Shown: positions 20,948 through 32,097, counted from the first letter of the stretch. The stretch: 64,000 bases of DNA from an uncultured Nitrospiraceae bacterium (GCA_963705105.1 CAVPIW010000008.1:1-64000), one strand, 5' to 3'. Notes: generated by a model not told the origin, from the letters alone. A program made the numbers and translations.

Positions 20948-21757
20948 ATGGCATACAGGGATGTGCTCAAACAATACTTTGACGATGTTTTGGAAGAGCG
21001 TTCATTCATCGGCGAGACGTACCGCATGCTGAACGGATTCGGCTTCAACGCAGCCAACACCATCGCCTGCGTCGCCTGCTGCCGCGACGAGATTTCCCAG
21101 ACCCTGAAGAGGTCCGTTATGGAGACCTGGGGCGAATCCTTCAACCTCTCCAGTCTCGCCGGGCTATTCACAGCCGGGAAGACGGGCCTCATGGCAGCCA
21201 TGCACCACGCGCCCCATGAAGACGACAGGGAGCGGTACGTTTTTTATGCCTTCCCCCACATCGCCGTTGACGGCGAGGGAAGGATCGGCGTCTGCAGGAG
21301 AAAGGGCATGCTGCGGGACTCCGTCGCCTGCGGCGCCCTCAACGCCTTCCAGAAGGAGATCGCCGGCGGCAGGGTGAACCTCTCGATCGACAACGGCGAC
21401 ATCGAGCAGAGCCTGCTCAAGATGCGGCTCATCAAGGAGATACCGTACGGGTCGGTGCCGGATCTGCTGCACCTGACCTTCCTGACCCGGCAGGTGATCC
21501 AGAACGACCTCGAGGCGGAGCTGCATGCCGTCGTCGATATGGGCAGAAGCGACTATGCGGTGATCACAGGGGTGCAGATCCACGGACCAAACGGTAATTT
21601 CATCTGGCCGTCAGTGTCCTATGCCGTTACGGAATATGTCAGGCAGGACATCACCTTCCGATGCCCCTCTCACGGCGATACCCCGGGCGAGGAAAGACGG
21701 GCATTCACGCCTCTCTTCGGCGCCGGTGACTTTCTGTCCGGCGCCATGAGCGCATGA
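20948..21757 (+). CDS. LCIB/LCIC-family beta-carbonic anhydrase
   Basis: CCRDEI, FNLSSLAG..GKTG..AAMHHAP, YAFPHIAVD and S.ACGAL give the Cys/His/Cys zinc-ligand pattern of the LCIB family. Confidence 0.8.
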   Translation: MAYRDVLKQYFDDVLEERSFIGETYRMLNGFGFNAANTIACVACCRDEISQTLKRSVMETWGESFNLSSLAGLFTAGKTGLMAAMHHAPHEDDRERYVFYAFPHIAVDGEGRIGVCRRKGMLRDSVACGALNAFQKEIAGGRVNLSIDNGDIEQSLLKMRLIKEIPYGSVPDLLHLTFLTRQVIQNDLEAELHAVVDMGRSDYAVITGVQIHGPNGNFIWPSVSYAVTEYVRQDITFRCPSHGDTPGEERRAFTPLFGAGDFLSGAMSA

Positions 21758-21819
21758 GATAGGGTACTCTTCCAGATGATAATTCTTTTTGGGGAATATA
21801 ATATTCAGCGGGGGATGAA

Positions 21820-23556
21820 ATGAAGAAACACGCCTTACTGACTATCAGCCTGTGTCTTTTTGTGATCGTCGCGTGGGTTGCTCAATCCCATGCCTCAACA
21901 GGTCCGGCATCGGAGGAGACATTTTTTGTTGCCGGGACCATCACCGATTCCCATAAGGAGCCGGTGAAGGATGCCCGCCTGAGGCTCCTTGTCAACGGGA
22001 CGCCTCACAAGCTCCTCACAGACCACAAGGAATCGGACGAGACGGAAACGTCCAACAAGGGTACCTATCAGTTCAGTTTCCGCCTGCCTGCCGATCAGGT
22101 TGAGAAAGCACGCATGCAGCTCGAGGTGTCGAAGACGAGCTACCGGACGACCGTCACAGAGCTCGGAAAAAAGGATTTCTCGACGGGGAACAGTTTTCTC
22201 GCCTTCAAGAACGTGGAACTGGCCCGTTATCTGGGACCCGCATTTTATATAGCGACGGGTGTGTTCCTTCTTGCGTATGTCCTCATTTCCTTCGAGCTCC
22301 TCCACAGGACGATTGCCGCCATGCTCGGGGCGGCTGCCATGCTCCTCATCACGTATACCTTCGGGACCCTCAACGCCGATTACCACATCATCTCCTTTGC
22401 CCGGGCCATGCAGGCCATCGACATGAACGTCATCTTTCTTCTGATGGCGATGATGATCATCGTCGGCGTCCTCAAGCATACGGGCGTGTTTCAGTGGTGC
22501 GCCTACATGTCCTTCAAACTTGCGAAGGGTAACGTCTTCGTGCTCTCCGCGATCTCCATGGTCTTCATCGCCACGACGTCGGCCTTTCTCGACAACGTCA
22601 CCACCATGCTCCTCTATACGCCCGTCCTCATCCAGATCGCCGTCAGCCTGGGGATATCTCCTCTTATACTTCTCATCCCCGGCATCATGGCGTCCAACGT
22701 GGGAGGAACGGCAACCCTCATCGGCGACCCTCCGAACATCATGATCGGCTCGTACACCGGCTTTACCTTCATGCAGTTTGCCCAAAACCTGACCCTTGTC
22801 TGCATCATCGCCATGGTGGCCCTTGTCGTCTATTCGAAATTCTATTACCGAAAGGAGTACGGAGGCACGAAGGTCAAGGACATCGACGCTTTCATCGCCG
22901 AACTGAAGGAAAAATACAGGATCACCGACAAGACACTCCTCGGATACGGCCTTGTTATCATGGCCATCGTCGTTGCATTTTTCCTCACCCACGGATACTG
23001 GCACATGGAGGTGAGCATCCCGGCCCTCTTCGGCGCGGGGGTCCTTTTCACGTATGCCATCCTCACGAAAAAAGTGAAGATGCTGGAGCTCATCGAGAAA
23101 GACATCGAGTGGACGACGCTCCTTTTCTTCATCTTCCTCTTCGTCATCGTCGGCGCTGTCGAAGAGGCGGGACTTCTGTCGGTCATCGCCGACTGGGTCT
23201 TTAACCTGTCCCAGGGGAACCTCATCGTCGCCATCGGCATGATCCTCTGGGTCTCGGCCATTATGAGCGCCTTCGTCGACAACATCCCCTTCACGGCGAC
23301 GATGTTGCCCATTGTCGCCTACCTGACGAAGGTGATCCCCGGCGCCGAGTCGAACGTCCTCTGGTGGGCCCTCGCCCTTGGAGCGTGTCTCGGCGGCAAC
23401 GGCACGATGATCGGCGCCAGCGCGAACGTCGTCACCATCGGCATCGCCGAGGCTGCAGGACACCCGATAAAGTTCTTCGGTTTCATGAAGTACGCCTTCG
23501 CCTACATGCTGATCAGCGTCGCCATCTGCCACGCCTGGCTGCTCATTTTCTATTAG
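21820..23556 (+). CDS. ArsB/NhaD-family (ion transporter superfamily) permease with N-terminal exported soluble domain
   Basis: Signal peptide, ~110 aa beta-rich domain, then SAFLDNVTT, GGTATLIGDPPNIMI, SAFVDNIPF and LGGNGTMIGASAN. Confidence 0.88.
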   Translation: MKKHALLTISLCLFVIVAWVAQSHASTGPASEETFFVAGTITDSHKEPVKDARLRLLVNGTPHKLLTDHKESDETETSNKGTYQFSFRLPADQVEKARMQLEVSKTSYRTTVTELGKKDFSTGNSFLAFKNVELARYLGPAFYIATGVFLLAYVLISFELLHRTIAAMLGAAAMLLITYTFGTLNADYHIISFARAMQAIDMNVIFLLMAMMIIVGVLKHTGVFQWCAYMSFKLAKGNVFVLSAISMVFIATTSAFLDNVTTMLLYTPVLIQIAVSLGISPLILLIPGIMASNVGGTATLIGDPPNIMIGSYTGFTFMQFAQNLTLVCIIAMVALVVYSKFYYRKEYGGTKVKDIDAFIAELKEKYRITDKTLLGYGLVIMAIVVAFFLTHGYWHMEVSIPALFGAGVLFTYAILTKKVKMLELIEKDIEWTTLLFFIFLFVIVGAVEEAGLLSVIADWVFNLSQGNLIVAIGMILWVSAIMSAFVDNIPFTATMLPIVAYLTKVIPGAESNVLWWALALGACLGGNGTMIGASANVVTIGIAEAAGHPIKFFGFMKYAFAYMLISVAICHAWLLIFY

Positions 23557-23566
23557 AGGAGGTCTC

Positions 23567-24499
23567 ATGACACAACGGTGCGTGATTTCAAAGATACTGC
23601 TTCCCATAGATCTCAGTGCGGGGTCGAAAACGGCCGTCGAATACTGCAGCAGCCTGGCGCCCTCTCTCGGCGGTGTGCTGACCGGCATTTCGCTGCTCTA
23701 CGTGAGCCCCGTCGGCTATTTCGGCCGCCACATGGGGAACGTCGATTTCAGAGGCGAGGATATTACTCAGACGGACGACTTCCGGAAGATGAGGGACCTG
23801 CACATGCAGCGTGACATCATTCCTTTAATGGAGGATGCCGAAAAAGCGATTTCGGCAGCGGCGCCCGGTGTTCCCGTCGAGCGAATCGTCGCGGAAGGTG
23901 ACCCGGCGGCCGAGATCGCCCGCGTCGCCGAAGAGGGAAAGTACTCGACAATCCTGATCGCCTCACGGGGACTCACGGAAATCAAGAGGCTTTTCCTGGG
24001 CAGTGTGACGAGGAAGGTCATCGGCTATGCCCATTGCGATGTCCTCGTCGTTCCTCCCGGCGCCCCCTTCGACTTCAAGACCATCCTCGTCCCGACGGAC
24101 GGGTCTTTCTACAGCGAATCGGCGGCACATCACGCGATTAACCTTGCGAAAGCGCAGGGCGGCTGCCTCATCGCCCTCGCCGTTGTGCCGTCGGGATCGG
24201 GCGTGGTGGAACTGCCCGTGGACCTTGTCGAAGAAGAGGGTGAGGGAGAGGCCGCGGCGTTCGTCAAGAAAGTCCAGGCCATCGGAACGGCCGAAGGGAT
24301 GGCCATAAAGGGCATCATCACGTCAGGCACTCCCTATGAGGCCATCGTCGACACGGCCCAAGAGTACAATGCAGACCTCATCGTGATGGGCAGCCACGGC
24401 CGGACAGGCATCAACAAGTTCCTCATGGGAAGCGTCACCGAAAAGGTCGTCTCCCTCTCCACCCTGCCGGTGATGGTCGTGAAGGCGGTATGCGTGTAG
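23567..24499 (+). CDS. Universal stress protein, two USP domains
   Basis: KILLPIDLS, LFLGSVTRKV, ILVPTDGS and IVMGSHGRTG...GSVTEKVV. Confidence 0.92.
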   Translation: MTQRCVISKILLPIDLSAGSKTAVEYCSSLAPSLGGVLTGISLLYVSPVGYFGRHMGNVDFRGEDITQTDDFRKMRDLHMQRDIIPLMEDAEKAISAAAPGVPVERIVAEGDPAAEIARVAEEGKYSTILIASRGLTEIKRLFLGSVTRKVIGYAHCDVLVVPPGAPFDFKTILVPTDGSFYSESAAHHAINLAKAQGGCLIALAVVPSGSGVVELPVDLVEEEGEGEAAAFVKKVQAIGTAEGMAIKGIITSGTPYEAIVDTAQEYNADLIVMGSHGRTGINKFLMGSVTEKVVSLSTLPVMVVKAVCV

Positions 24500-24502
24500 G
24501 CG

Positions 24503-24558
24503 GGTTGCGCGTTGCGAGTTACGAGTTTCAGGGGCAGGGGCCGTTCCCCGAACGGCCC
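24503..24558. repeat. Heptamer tandem repeat followed by a REP-like palindrome
   Basis: GGTTGCG CGTTGCG AGTTACG AGTTTCA then GCAGGGGCCGTTCCCCGAACGGCCC. Confidence 0.7.
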
Positions 24559-24599
24559 GGATATTCCTTCACTCACGCGGACACTGATCTAAGGAACAT

Positions 24600-25931
24600 A
24601 TGCTGAACGTTCTCATCGTTTCCGGTAACGGCATTCAGGTCCAGGGAGACCCGTCGGCTGAGGGCGTCCGCCTCCATCGCGGTCAGATGAGGACCGGCCG
24701 AAAGGGTAAGGGGTTCGAACTCACCGGGTATGACCTGGCCTTCGTCGATCTCGATGCGGAAGGATGGCAGGAGAGGCTGCTGGAATTGAGACCTCATATG
24801 CCTGTCGTCGTTTTTTCGACAGCCGATATCCGCCTCGCCGTCGAGGCGATGAGGCTCGGCGCCGTCGATTATATCGAGAAGCCCCTGACGGAAGAGGGGA
24901 TCCATGAGGTCGTCGAACGGTACCGCCACCAGGTCCTCGACCACCGCTTCGGTTTCGACGAAATGCTCGGAACGAGCGCCCTCATGCAGGAAGTGTTCGC
25001 CCTCATAAAACGTGCTGCCGCGAGCGAGAGCAACGTCCTGATCACCGGCGAGAGCGGGACGGGAAAAGAGCTGGTGGCCCGGGCGATCCATCGCTGGAGC
25101 CGCAGGAAGGACCGCGACTTCCTGACTATTAACTGCAGCGCCATACCGGACAGCCTGCTCGAGTCCGAGCTCTTCGGACACAAGAGGGGGTCCTTCACAG
25201 GCGCTGTCCAGTCCAAAAAGGGCATCCTTGAGCTTGCCGACGGCGGGACCGTTTTCCTTGACGAGATCGGGGACGTGTCCCCCCTCTTTCAGACGAAGAT
25301 CCTGAGGGTCATCCAGGAGGGCGAATTCATGCGCATCGGCGGAACGCACCAGATAAAGGTAGACGTGAGGATCATCTCCGCCACAAACAGGGACCTCCTG
25401 AAAGAGATCGGCAGCGGAAAGTTCAGGGAGGACCTCTTCTACCGCCTCAATGTCATCAACATTCACCTGCCTCCCCTGAGGGAGAGGATGGAGGATATCC
25501 CCCTCATGGTGCGGCACTTTCTGAAAAAACATGCAGACAAGAGACAGGATCTCCCCATCAGGAGCGTAGCGCCGGAATCGCTCCAGATACTCATGTCCTA
25601 TGCCTATCCCGGCAATGTCAGGGAGCTGGAGAATATCATCGAGCGGGCCGTATGCCTGGCCAACTCCGGGGAGATCCTGCCCCAGGACCTGCCCGCCTCG
25701 CTCTCGTCAGCGACGGGAGCGATGAAATTGCCGCCGTCACTTGTCCTGAAAGATGCCATCAGGAGCGCAGAACGGGACACCATAGAGACCGCCCTGAATC
25801 AGACGGGATGGAACATCTCGCACGCCGCCGCCATGCTCGGCATCTACCGCCAGCAGCTCCAGAGAAAGATCAAGACCCTGAGACTTCACCCTCCGACAGA
25901 CAGTCTTCAGCCTTTAGTCGGCAGTCGATAG
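24600..25931 (+). CDS. Sigma54 enhancer-binding protein with atypical receiver domain
   Basis: GESGTGKE, GSFTGA, FLDEIGD, YPGNVREL and HTH; the receiver lacks the N-terminal DD pair. Confidence 0.92.
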   Translation: MLNVLIVSGNGIQVQGDPSAEGVRLHRGQMRTGRKGKGFELTGYDLAFVDLDAEGWQERLLELRPHMPVVVFSTADIRLAVEAMRLGAVDYIEKPLTEEGIHEVVERYRHQVLDHRFGFDEMLGTSALMQEVFALIKRAAASESNVLITGESGTGKELVARAIHRWSRRKDRDFLTINCSAIPDSLLESELFGHKRGSFTGAVQSKKGILELADGGTVFLDEIGDVSPLFQTKILRVIQEGEFMRIGGTHQIKVDVRIISATNRDLLKEIGSGKFREDLFYRLNVINIHLPPLRERMEDIPLMVRHFLKKHADKRQDLPIRSVAPESLQILMSYAYPGNVRELENIIERAVCLANSGEILPQDLPASLSSATGAMKLPPSLVLKDAIRSAERDTIETALNQTGWNISHAAAMLGIYRQQLQRKIKTLRLHPPTDSLQPLVGSR

Positions 25932-26047
25932 TCCACAAGTTCAACAAGATCACGAGCAGTCCCTTCTCCCTGCCTTGTCATGTAATTGTGCGAAGAAAGC
26001 ATGCCCTATCCTCGTGTCAGATAAATTTTGAATTTCCCGTGAGTTGA

Positions 26048-26344
26048 TGCATTTTTTTGTTGCATTCGTCACAATCCACCCGGCGCCGCAACCATCAACG
26101 ATCTTCACCCGGAACTGACCTTCCGGCCGAACCATACTCGTTTTCGGTGCAACATAAATATGCATCTTCTTCGCCCCCTTTTCGCAGGGCCTTCCCCCGT
26201 CTATCGTTGATACGCAGGCGGTCTTCCCGGAGGGGAATGACAGGAACACCCCAAAAGATGCATAATAATGTTGCATCGGCCCTGCGATGAATGACATACA
26301 TTCATTATAAATCAGCAACTTAGCGAAATGGCACGGCTCTTGTA
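26048..26344 (+). promoter_or_regulatory. Three TGCA-N9-TGCA sites, IHF consensus and sigma54-like promoter
   Basis: Sites at 26048, 26148 and 26259; AATCAGCAACTTA at 26310; TGGCACGGCTCTTGT at 26329 (GT variant at -12). Confidence 0.7.
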
Positions 26345-26371
26345 ATATACATCTTCAGAAGAGAGCGGACA

Positions 26372-26557
26372 ATGAAAAGACTCGTGAAGACATCCAAGGG
26401 CATCGTGATCAGCATCACACTTCTGAATCCGGGAGAATACGACCGGGCCAGGGAGTCTTTCATCAGGTCCGCAGCAGGCATGGCCTGTCACCAGCATACA
26501 GCAGTTCAGTGTCCTGACCGGAACAAGCAGAGGAGAGAGAAATGGAACAGACAGTAA
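26372..26557 (+). CDS. Small hypothetical protein
   Basis: ATG just downstream of the sigma54-like promoter; no recognisable motif. Confidence 0.4.
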   Translation: MKRLVKTSKGIVISITLLNPGEYDRARESFIRSAAGMACHQHTAVQCPDRNKQRREKWNRQ

Positions 26558-26751
26558 ACACAGCATACGCGCTTGCCGTATCGATGACCCTTATACTCGT
26601 CACCATGTTCCCGCAGGAGTCGCACAACCTGTGGCTCTATCCCCTGAGGGCCTGGAATTCTATTAAGGCAAGGTGGCTGGTGATGAAGGAGAGGGGTTCC
26701 GAAGGGAAGGCCAAGCCCTTCATCGAAGTGGACATGAGGGATTTCCGCTAA
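26542..26751 (+). CDS. Small membrane protein
   Basis: GAGGAG RBS, one hydrophobic helix, followed by a terminator-like hairpin. Confidence 0.6.
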   Translation: MEQTVNTAYALAVSMTLILVTMFPQESHNLWLYPLRAWNSIKARWLVMKERGSEGKAKPFIEVDMRDFR

Positions 26752-26792
26752 GCTCCGCGTTCAGCTTCCGGCAAATTGACGCATAGAAAGGG

Positions 26793-26820
26793 AAGGGGGT
26801 GCATTGCCATGCGCCCCCTT
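26793..26820. terminator. Hairpin between convergent genes
   Basis: AAGGGGGTGCAT-TGCC-ATGCGCCCCCTT. Confidence 0.65.
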
Positions 26821-26829
26821 CAATATTTT

Positions 26830-27270
26830 CTACCAACTCTTCGACAGCAGTATCTCTTCCACCTGTTTCTGATGTTTCTTTTCGAGAACGAGGATCTTTC
26901 TCTCCTGGGCTTCTTCGATCTTCTCGAGCAGTTTGTTGAGATCGACGGGCTTTTCCATGAAGTCCAGGGCGCCGCTCTTCATCGCCTCCACGCCCGCCTG
27001 CAGCGTCCCGTGACCGGTCAGTATAATAATCTGCAGGTCCGGGTTCTGGGCCTTCATTTTTTTGAGAGCTTCCAGTCCGCTCATCCCCGGCATCGAGAGA
27101 TCGAGGACAATGGCGTCAAAATCCCTATTCCGGGCACGCTGGACGGCGTCCTCGCCCGTAGCGGCGGTATCGACCTTCATGCCCCGTGTTTCGAGCCTCT
27201 TGGAGAAAACCTGGAGAAACCTCTCCTCGTCATCGACGAGCAGTACGTTTGCGTTTAGTTCTTCCGTCAT
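26830..27270 (-). CDS. Stand-alone response regulator receiver
   Basis: LLVDDE, VLDLSMPGMSG, ILTGHG and EKP; AGGAGG RBS. Confidence 0.92.
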   Translation of the reverse strand: MTEELNANVLLVDDEERFLQVFSKRLETRGMKVDTAATGEDAVQRARNRDFDAIVLDLSMPGMSGLEALKKMKAQNPDLQIIILTGHGTLQAGVEAMKSGALDFMEKPVDLNKLLEKIEEAQERKILVLEKKHQKQVEEILLSKSW

Positions 27271-27321
27271 ATGTCAATCTCCTCCTTATGTGGATGTATT
27301 GCGTTCAGGACTATTCAGCTT

Positions 27322-27428
27322 CCCCTATCGTTGCACACGCCCACCGGAAAGGCGGGGCGTATGCGCCGAAATGCCTCGGTGGTGCGAAACCTTTACCTTC
27401 TCATACAGACGAATTCAGGCCGGTTGTC
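27322..27428 (+). repeat. Inverted-repeat element, copy C, left arm only
   Basis: CCTATCGTTGCACACGCCCACCGGAAAGGCGGGGCGTATGCGCCGAAA...GTGCGAAACCTTTACCTTC. Confidence 0.8.
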
Positions 27429-27499
27429 TGTCAGTCCCGTGCAGACGGGAATCCAGTCAGTTTCCTGCAGTCTGGATACCCGCCTTCGCGGGTATGACG
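27429..27499. repeat. Double-hairpin (TCCCG..CGGGAATCC) repeat
   Basis: TGTCAGTCCCGTGCAGACGGGAATCCAG...CTGGATACCCGCCTTCGCGGGTATGAC. Confidence 0.8.
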
Positions 27500-27552
27500 A
27501 CTTTCTGCGAATCCATGAATTTCTTAAAGACGTAATAAACCAGGCATGAATT

Positions 27553-27568
27553 AGCAAATTATGAGCCA
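27553..27568 (-). promoter_or_regulatory. Possible sigma54 promoter for the minus-strand receiver gene
   Basis: Minus strand reads TGGCTCATAATTTGCT (GG-N10-GC). Confidence 0.5.
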
Positions 27569-27776
27569 TGACAAATCAATTGGGGAGGCGCATGCACAGG
27601 TGGCTGCCCTCTGTCCGGTTTCCCATGCCCTTAACGGTCCTCGAAATCATCATTTATCTCTGATTATACGGGGTCTTTGGCCGGTAACCTGCCATCCCCT
27701 CGATGCCTCATACCCCATCTGTCCATGAGGGACCAAATGACATCCCCGATTCCCCGGTAGAACAAAATCGACTCCC

Positions 27777-27875
27777 TGCAGCACTTTCTTGCATGGCCAC
27801 CTGCAGCAAAAGGGCTTCACAGGGGGCTTCCGAAGGCGTCATTTCGCCCTTTCCGGCCCTGGCATGACACGTGCT
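27777..27875 (+). promoter_or_regulatory. Sigma54 promoter with tandem activator sites
   Basis: TGGCATGACACGTGCT at 27860; TGCA-N9-TGCA at 27777 and a second TGCAG at 27802. Confidence 0.75.
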
Positions 27876-27917
27876 TATGACTTATAGACCGATAAAATTT
27901 CCAAATGGGAGGCGGCC

Positions 27918-28322
27918 ATGAAAATTCTCGTAGCATACGATGGGACGTTGAGCGCCAGGGAAGCCCTGCACTACGGCATACACAGAGCCGGTATGACCGG
28001 CGGCAAGCTGTACGTCCTTAACGTATTCAATCACCACCTCTTCATCGATTACGAGGGTATCGGCGCCGAGGAGAAGGCCCGCTCGGTGAGTGAAGGCCAC
28101 ATCGCTGAGGCCAAAAAAATCCTCGCAGAATCGGCAAAGGGCATCGAGTCGAAAGTCTATTCCGTCGACGGTCTGCCCGAAGAAGAGATCCTGCGCTTTG
28201 CCAGGGAAGAGCGCGTCGACCTCATACTCGCCTCCCGGCAGTACCACGGCGTTCTTCGCTCAGCGCCATGCAGCGCCACCGTCGTCCCTCACAGGGGAGA
28301 AGCGCTGGAGAAGGCCCTTTAG
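27918..28322 (+). CDS. Universal stress protein
   Basis: MKILVAYDGT and GLPEEEILRFAREERVDLI; paralog of the USPs at 18284 and 13361. Confidence 0.85.
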   Translation: MKILVAYDGTLSAREALHYGIHRAGMTGGKLYVLNVFNHHLFIDYEGIGAEEKARSVSEGHIAEAKKILAESAKGIESKVYSVDGLPEEEILRFAREERVDLILASRQYHGVLRSAPCSATVVPHRGEALEKAL

Positions 28323-28402
28323 GATTGCCCGCCTCCGGGAACCATACATCGGGCGGGGTGGCAATCGAAACACCCCACCCGATTTTCCACCGCCCACTCT
28401 CC

Positions 28403-28760
28403 GCCTCATCGTCATATGTGCCTTTCGGAAAGGCGGGGCAAAGATGCCGAAAAGCCTTGATGCTGCGAAACCTTTGCCTTCCCGTACAAACTATCTCAGG
28501 CTGATGGTCGATGACAGGTCGGATGAATTCCTGATACACCAATAATTCCTGACTAGACAAACAAGAAGAGGCCTATCCTCGCGCCAAGACGCCAAGGTCG
28601 CCAAGAACGGCAAATGCACAATTGCATAAAATCTTCTTTCAGGATGAAGGTCTTTATCTTTCTTTGCGCTCTTTGCGGCTTTGCGTGAGAATAAACAATC
28701 ATGCTCTCTATCAGCAAGGCTTTGAGGTATTTCGTCCCGCTTCTTCATTTAAGATCAGGG
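28403..28760 (+). repeat. Inverted-repeat element, copy D, with a nested CGC(C/A)AAG inverted-repeat unit at 28578-28690
   Basis: GGAAAGGCGGGGCAAAGATGCCGAAAAGCC ... CTATCAGCAAGGCTTTGAGGTATTTCGTCCCGC. Confidence 0.8.
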
Positions 28761-28808
28761 CTTGACCTCTTTCCCTGCTATACTTAGAATAGACCGGAGG
28801 TTGCCGCG

Positions 28809-30206
28809 ATGAACGAATCCCGCATCGAACGCGATTCACTCGGGGAGGTTTCCATTCCCGCCGGTGTCCTTTATGGTGCGCAGACGCAGCGGGCCGTGGA
28901 GAACTTTCCGATCAGCGGCATTACCTTTCCCCGTGTCTTCATCAGGGCCCTCGGCCTGATCAAAGGAGCGGCAGCAAAGGTGAATGCCGATCTCGGCCTG
29001 CTTGACGAAGGGAAGGCACGCGCGATCCGGCAGGCTGCCGATGAAGTGGCCGAAGGCAGGTGGGATGCACACTTTCCCGTCGACATCTTCCAGACCGGCT
29101 CGGGCACGTCGACGAACATGAACGCCAACGAGGTGATCGCCGCCAGGGCGTCGCAGATCCTGGGAGAAGACACCGACACCCGGCTTGTCCATCCCAATGA
29201 CGACGTCAACCGTTGCCAGTCCTCAAACGATGTCATCCCCTCGGCGGTCCACGTCAGCGCGGCCCTCCAGCTCCAGGAGCTTCTCCTGCCCTCTCTCCGC
29301 CATCTCTACTCGACATTGAAGCGCCGCGAGTCCGAACTGGCCCATGTCGTCAAGACGGGCCGCACCCACCTTATGGACGCGCTGCCCGTCACTTTCGGAC
29401 AGGTCATCAGCGGGTGGGCGGACCAGGTTATGCAGGCTATCGAGCGAATCGAGTCGACGCTGCCGCGGATCATCAGGCTCGCCCTGGGCGGCACAGCCAT
29501 CGGCACAGGGGTGAATGCCCACCCTGAATTCGCCCGCCGCGTCGCGAAGGAACTCTTCGAATCGACGGCGATCCCTTTCATCGAGACGGACAGCCATTTT
29601 TCAGCCCAGTCGACGATGGACACGGCGACGGAGCTGAGCGGGCATCTCAAGACAACCGCCTCGTCCCTCTTGAAGATCGCCAACGACCTCCGGTGGATGA
29701 ACAGCGGGCCCCTCTGCGGACTGGGCGAGATAACCCTTCCGGCGCTGCAGCCCGGATCGAGCATCATGCCGGGGAAGATAAACCCCGTCATCTGCGAATC
29801 GATGATGATGGCCTGCGCCCAGGTCATCGGCAACGACGCGGCCGTCACCACGGGCAACCAGCACGGCAATTTCGAGCTCAACGTCATGATGCCGCTCATC
29901 GCCCATAATCTCCTCCAGTCGATCACCATCCTCGGAAACGCCTCGGCCGTCTTTGCCGACAAGGCCGTAGCGGGATTCACCGTCAACAGGACAAGGGTCA
30001 CGGAGCTCCTCGGCAGGAACCCGATCCTCGTCACCGCCCTGAATCCCGTCATCGGATATGATAAGGCGGCTGAAATAGCCAAGAGGGCCTACAAGGAGGG
30101 CCGGAGCATCAGGGAGGTGGCCTCCGAGATGACCGGCCTGTCCCAGGACAAACTGGCGAGGCTTCTCGATCCCGTCAGGATGACGCAGGAGAAAGGGCAG
30201 GACTGA
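28809..30206 (+). CDS. fumC: Class II fumarate hydratase
   Basis: YGAQTQRA, QTGSGTSTNMN, KTGRTHLMDA and GSSIMPGKINP. Confidence 0.93.
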   Translation: MNESRIERDSLGEVSIPAGVLYGAQTQRAVENFPISGITFPRVFIRALGLIKGAAAKVNADLGLLDEGKARAIRQAADEVAEGRWDAHFPVDIFQTGSGTSTNMNANEVIAARASQILGEDTDTRLVHPNDDVNRCQSSNDVIPSAVHVSAALQLQELLLPSLRHLYSTLKRRESELAHVVKTGRTHLMDALPVTFGQVISGWADQVMQAIERIESTLPRIIRLALGGTAIGTGVNAHPEFARRVAKELFESTAIPFIETDSHFSAQSTMDTATELSGHLKTTASSLLKIANDLRWMNSGPLCGLGEITLPALQPGSSIMPGKINPVICESMMMACAQVIGNDAAVTTGNQHGNFELNVMMPLIAHNLLQSITILGNASAVFADKAVAGFTVNRTRVTELLGRNPILVTALNPVIGYDKAAEIAKRAYKEGRSIREVASEMTGLSQDKLARLLDPVRMTQEKGQD

Positions 30207-30216
30207 GGGAAACCCC

Positions 30217-32097
<1,881 letters not shown>

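Noticed and set aside
21895..23688. Long antisense ORFs (also 2022-3296, 30175-31914, 56562-58640, 61979-63100)
   Set aside because: Shadow frames opposite well-supported genes, expected with high-GC codon bias; no recognisable motifs.
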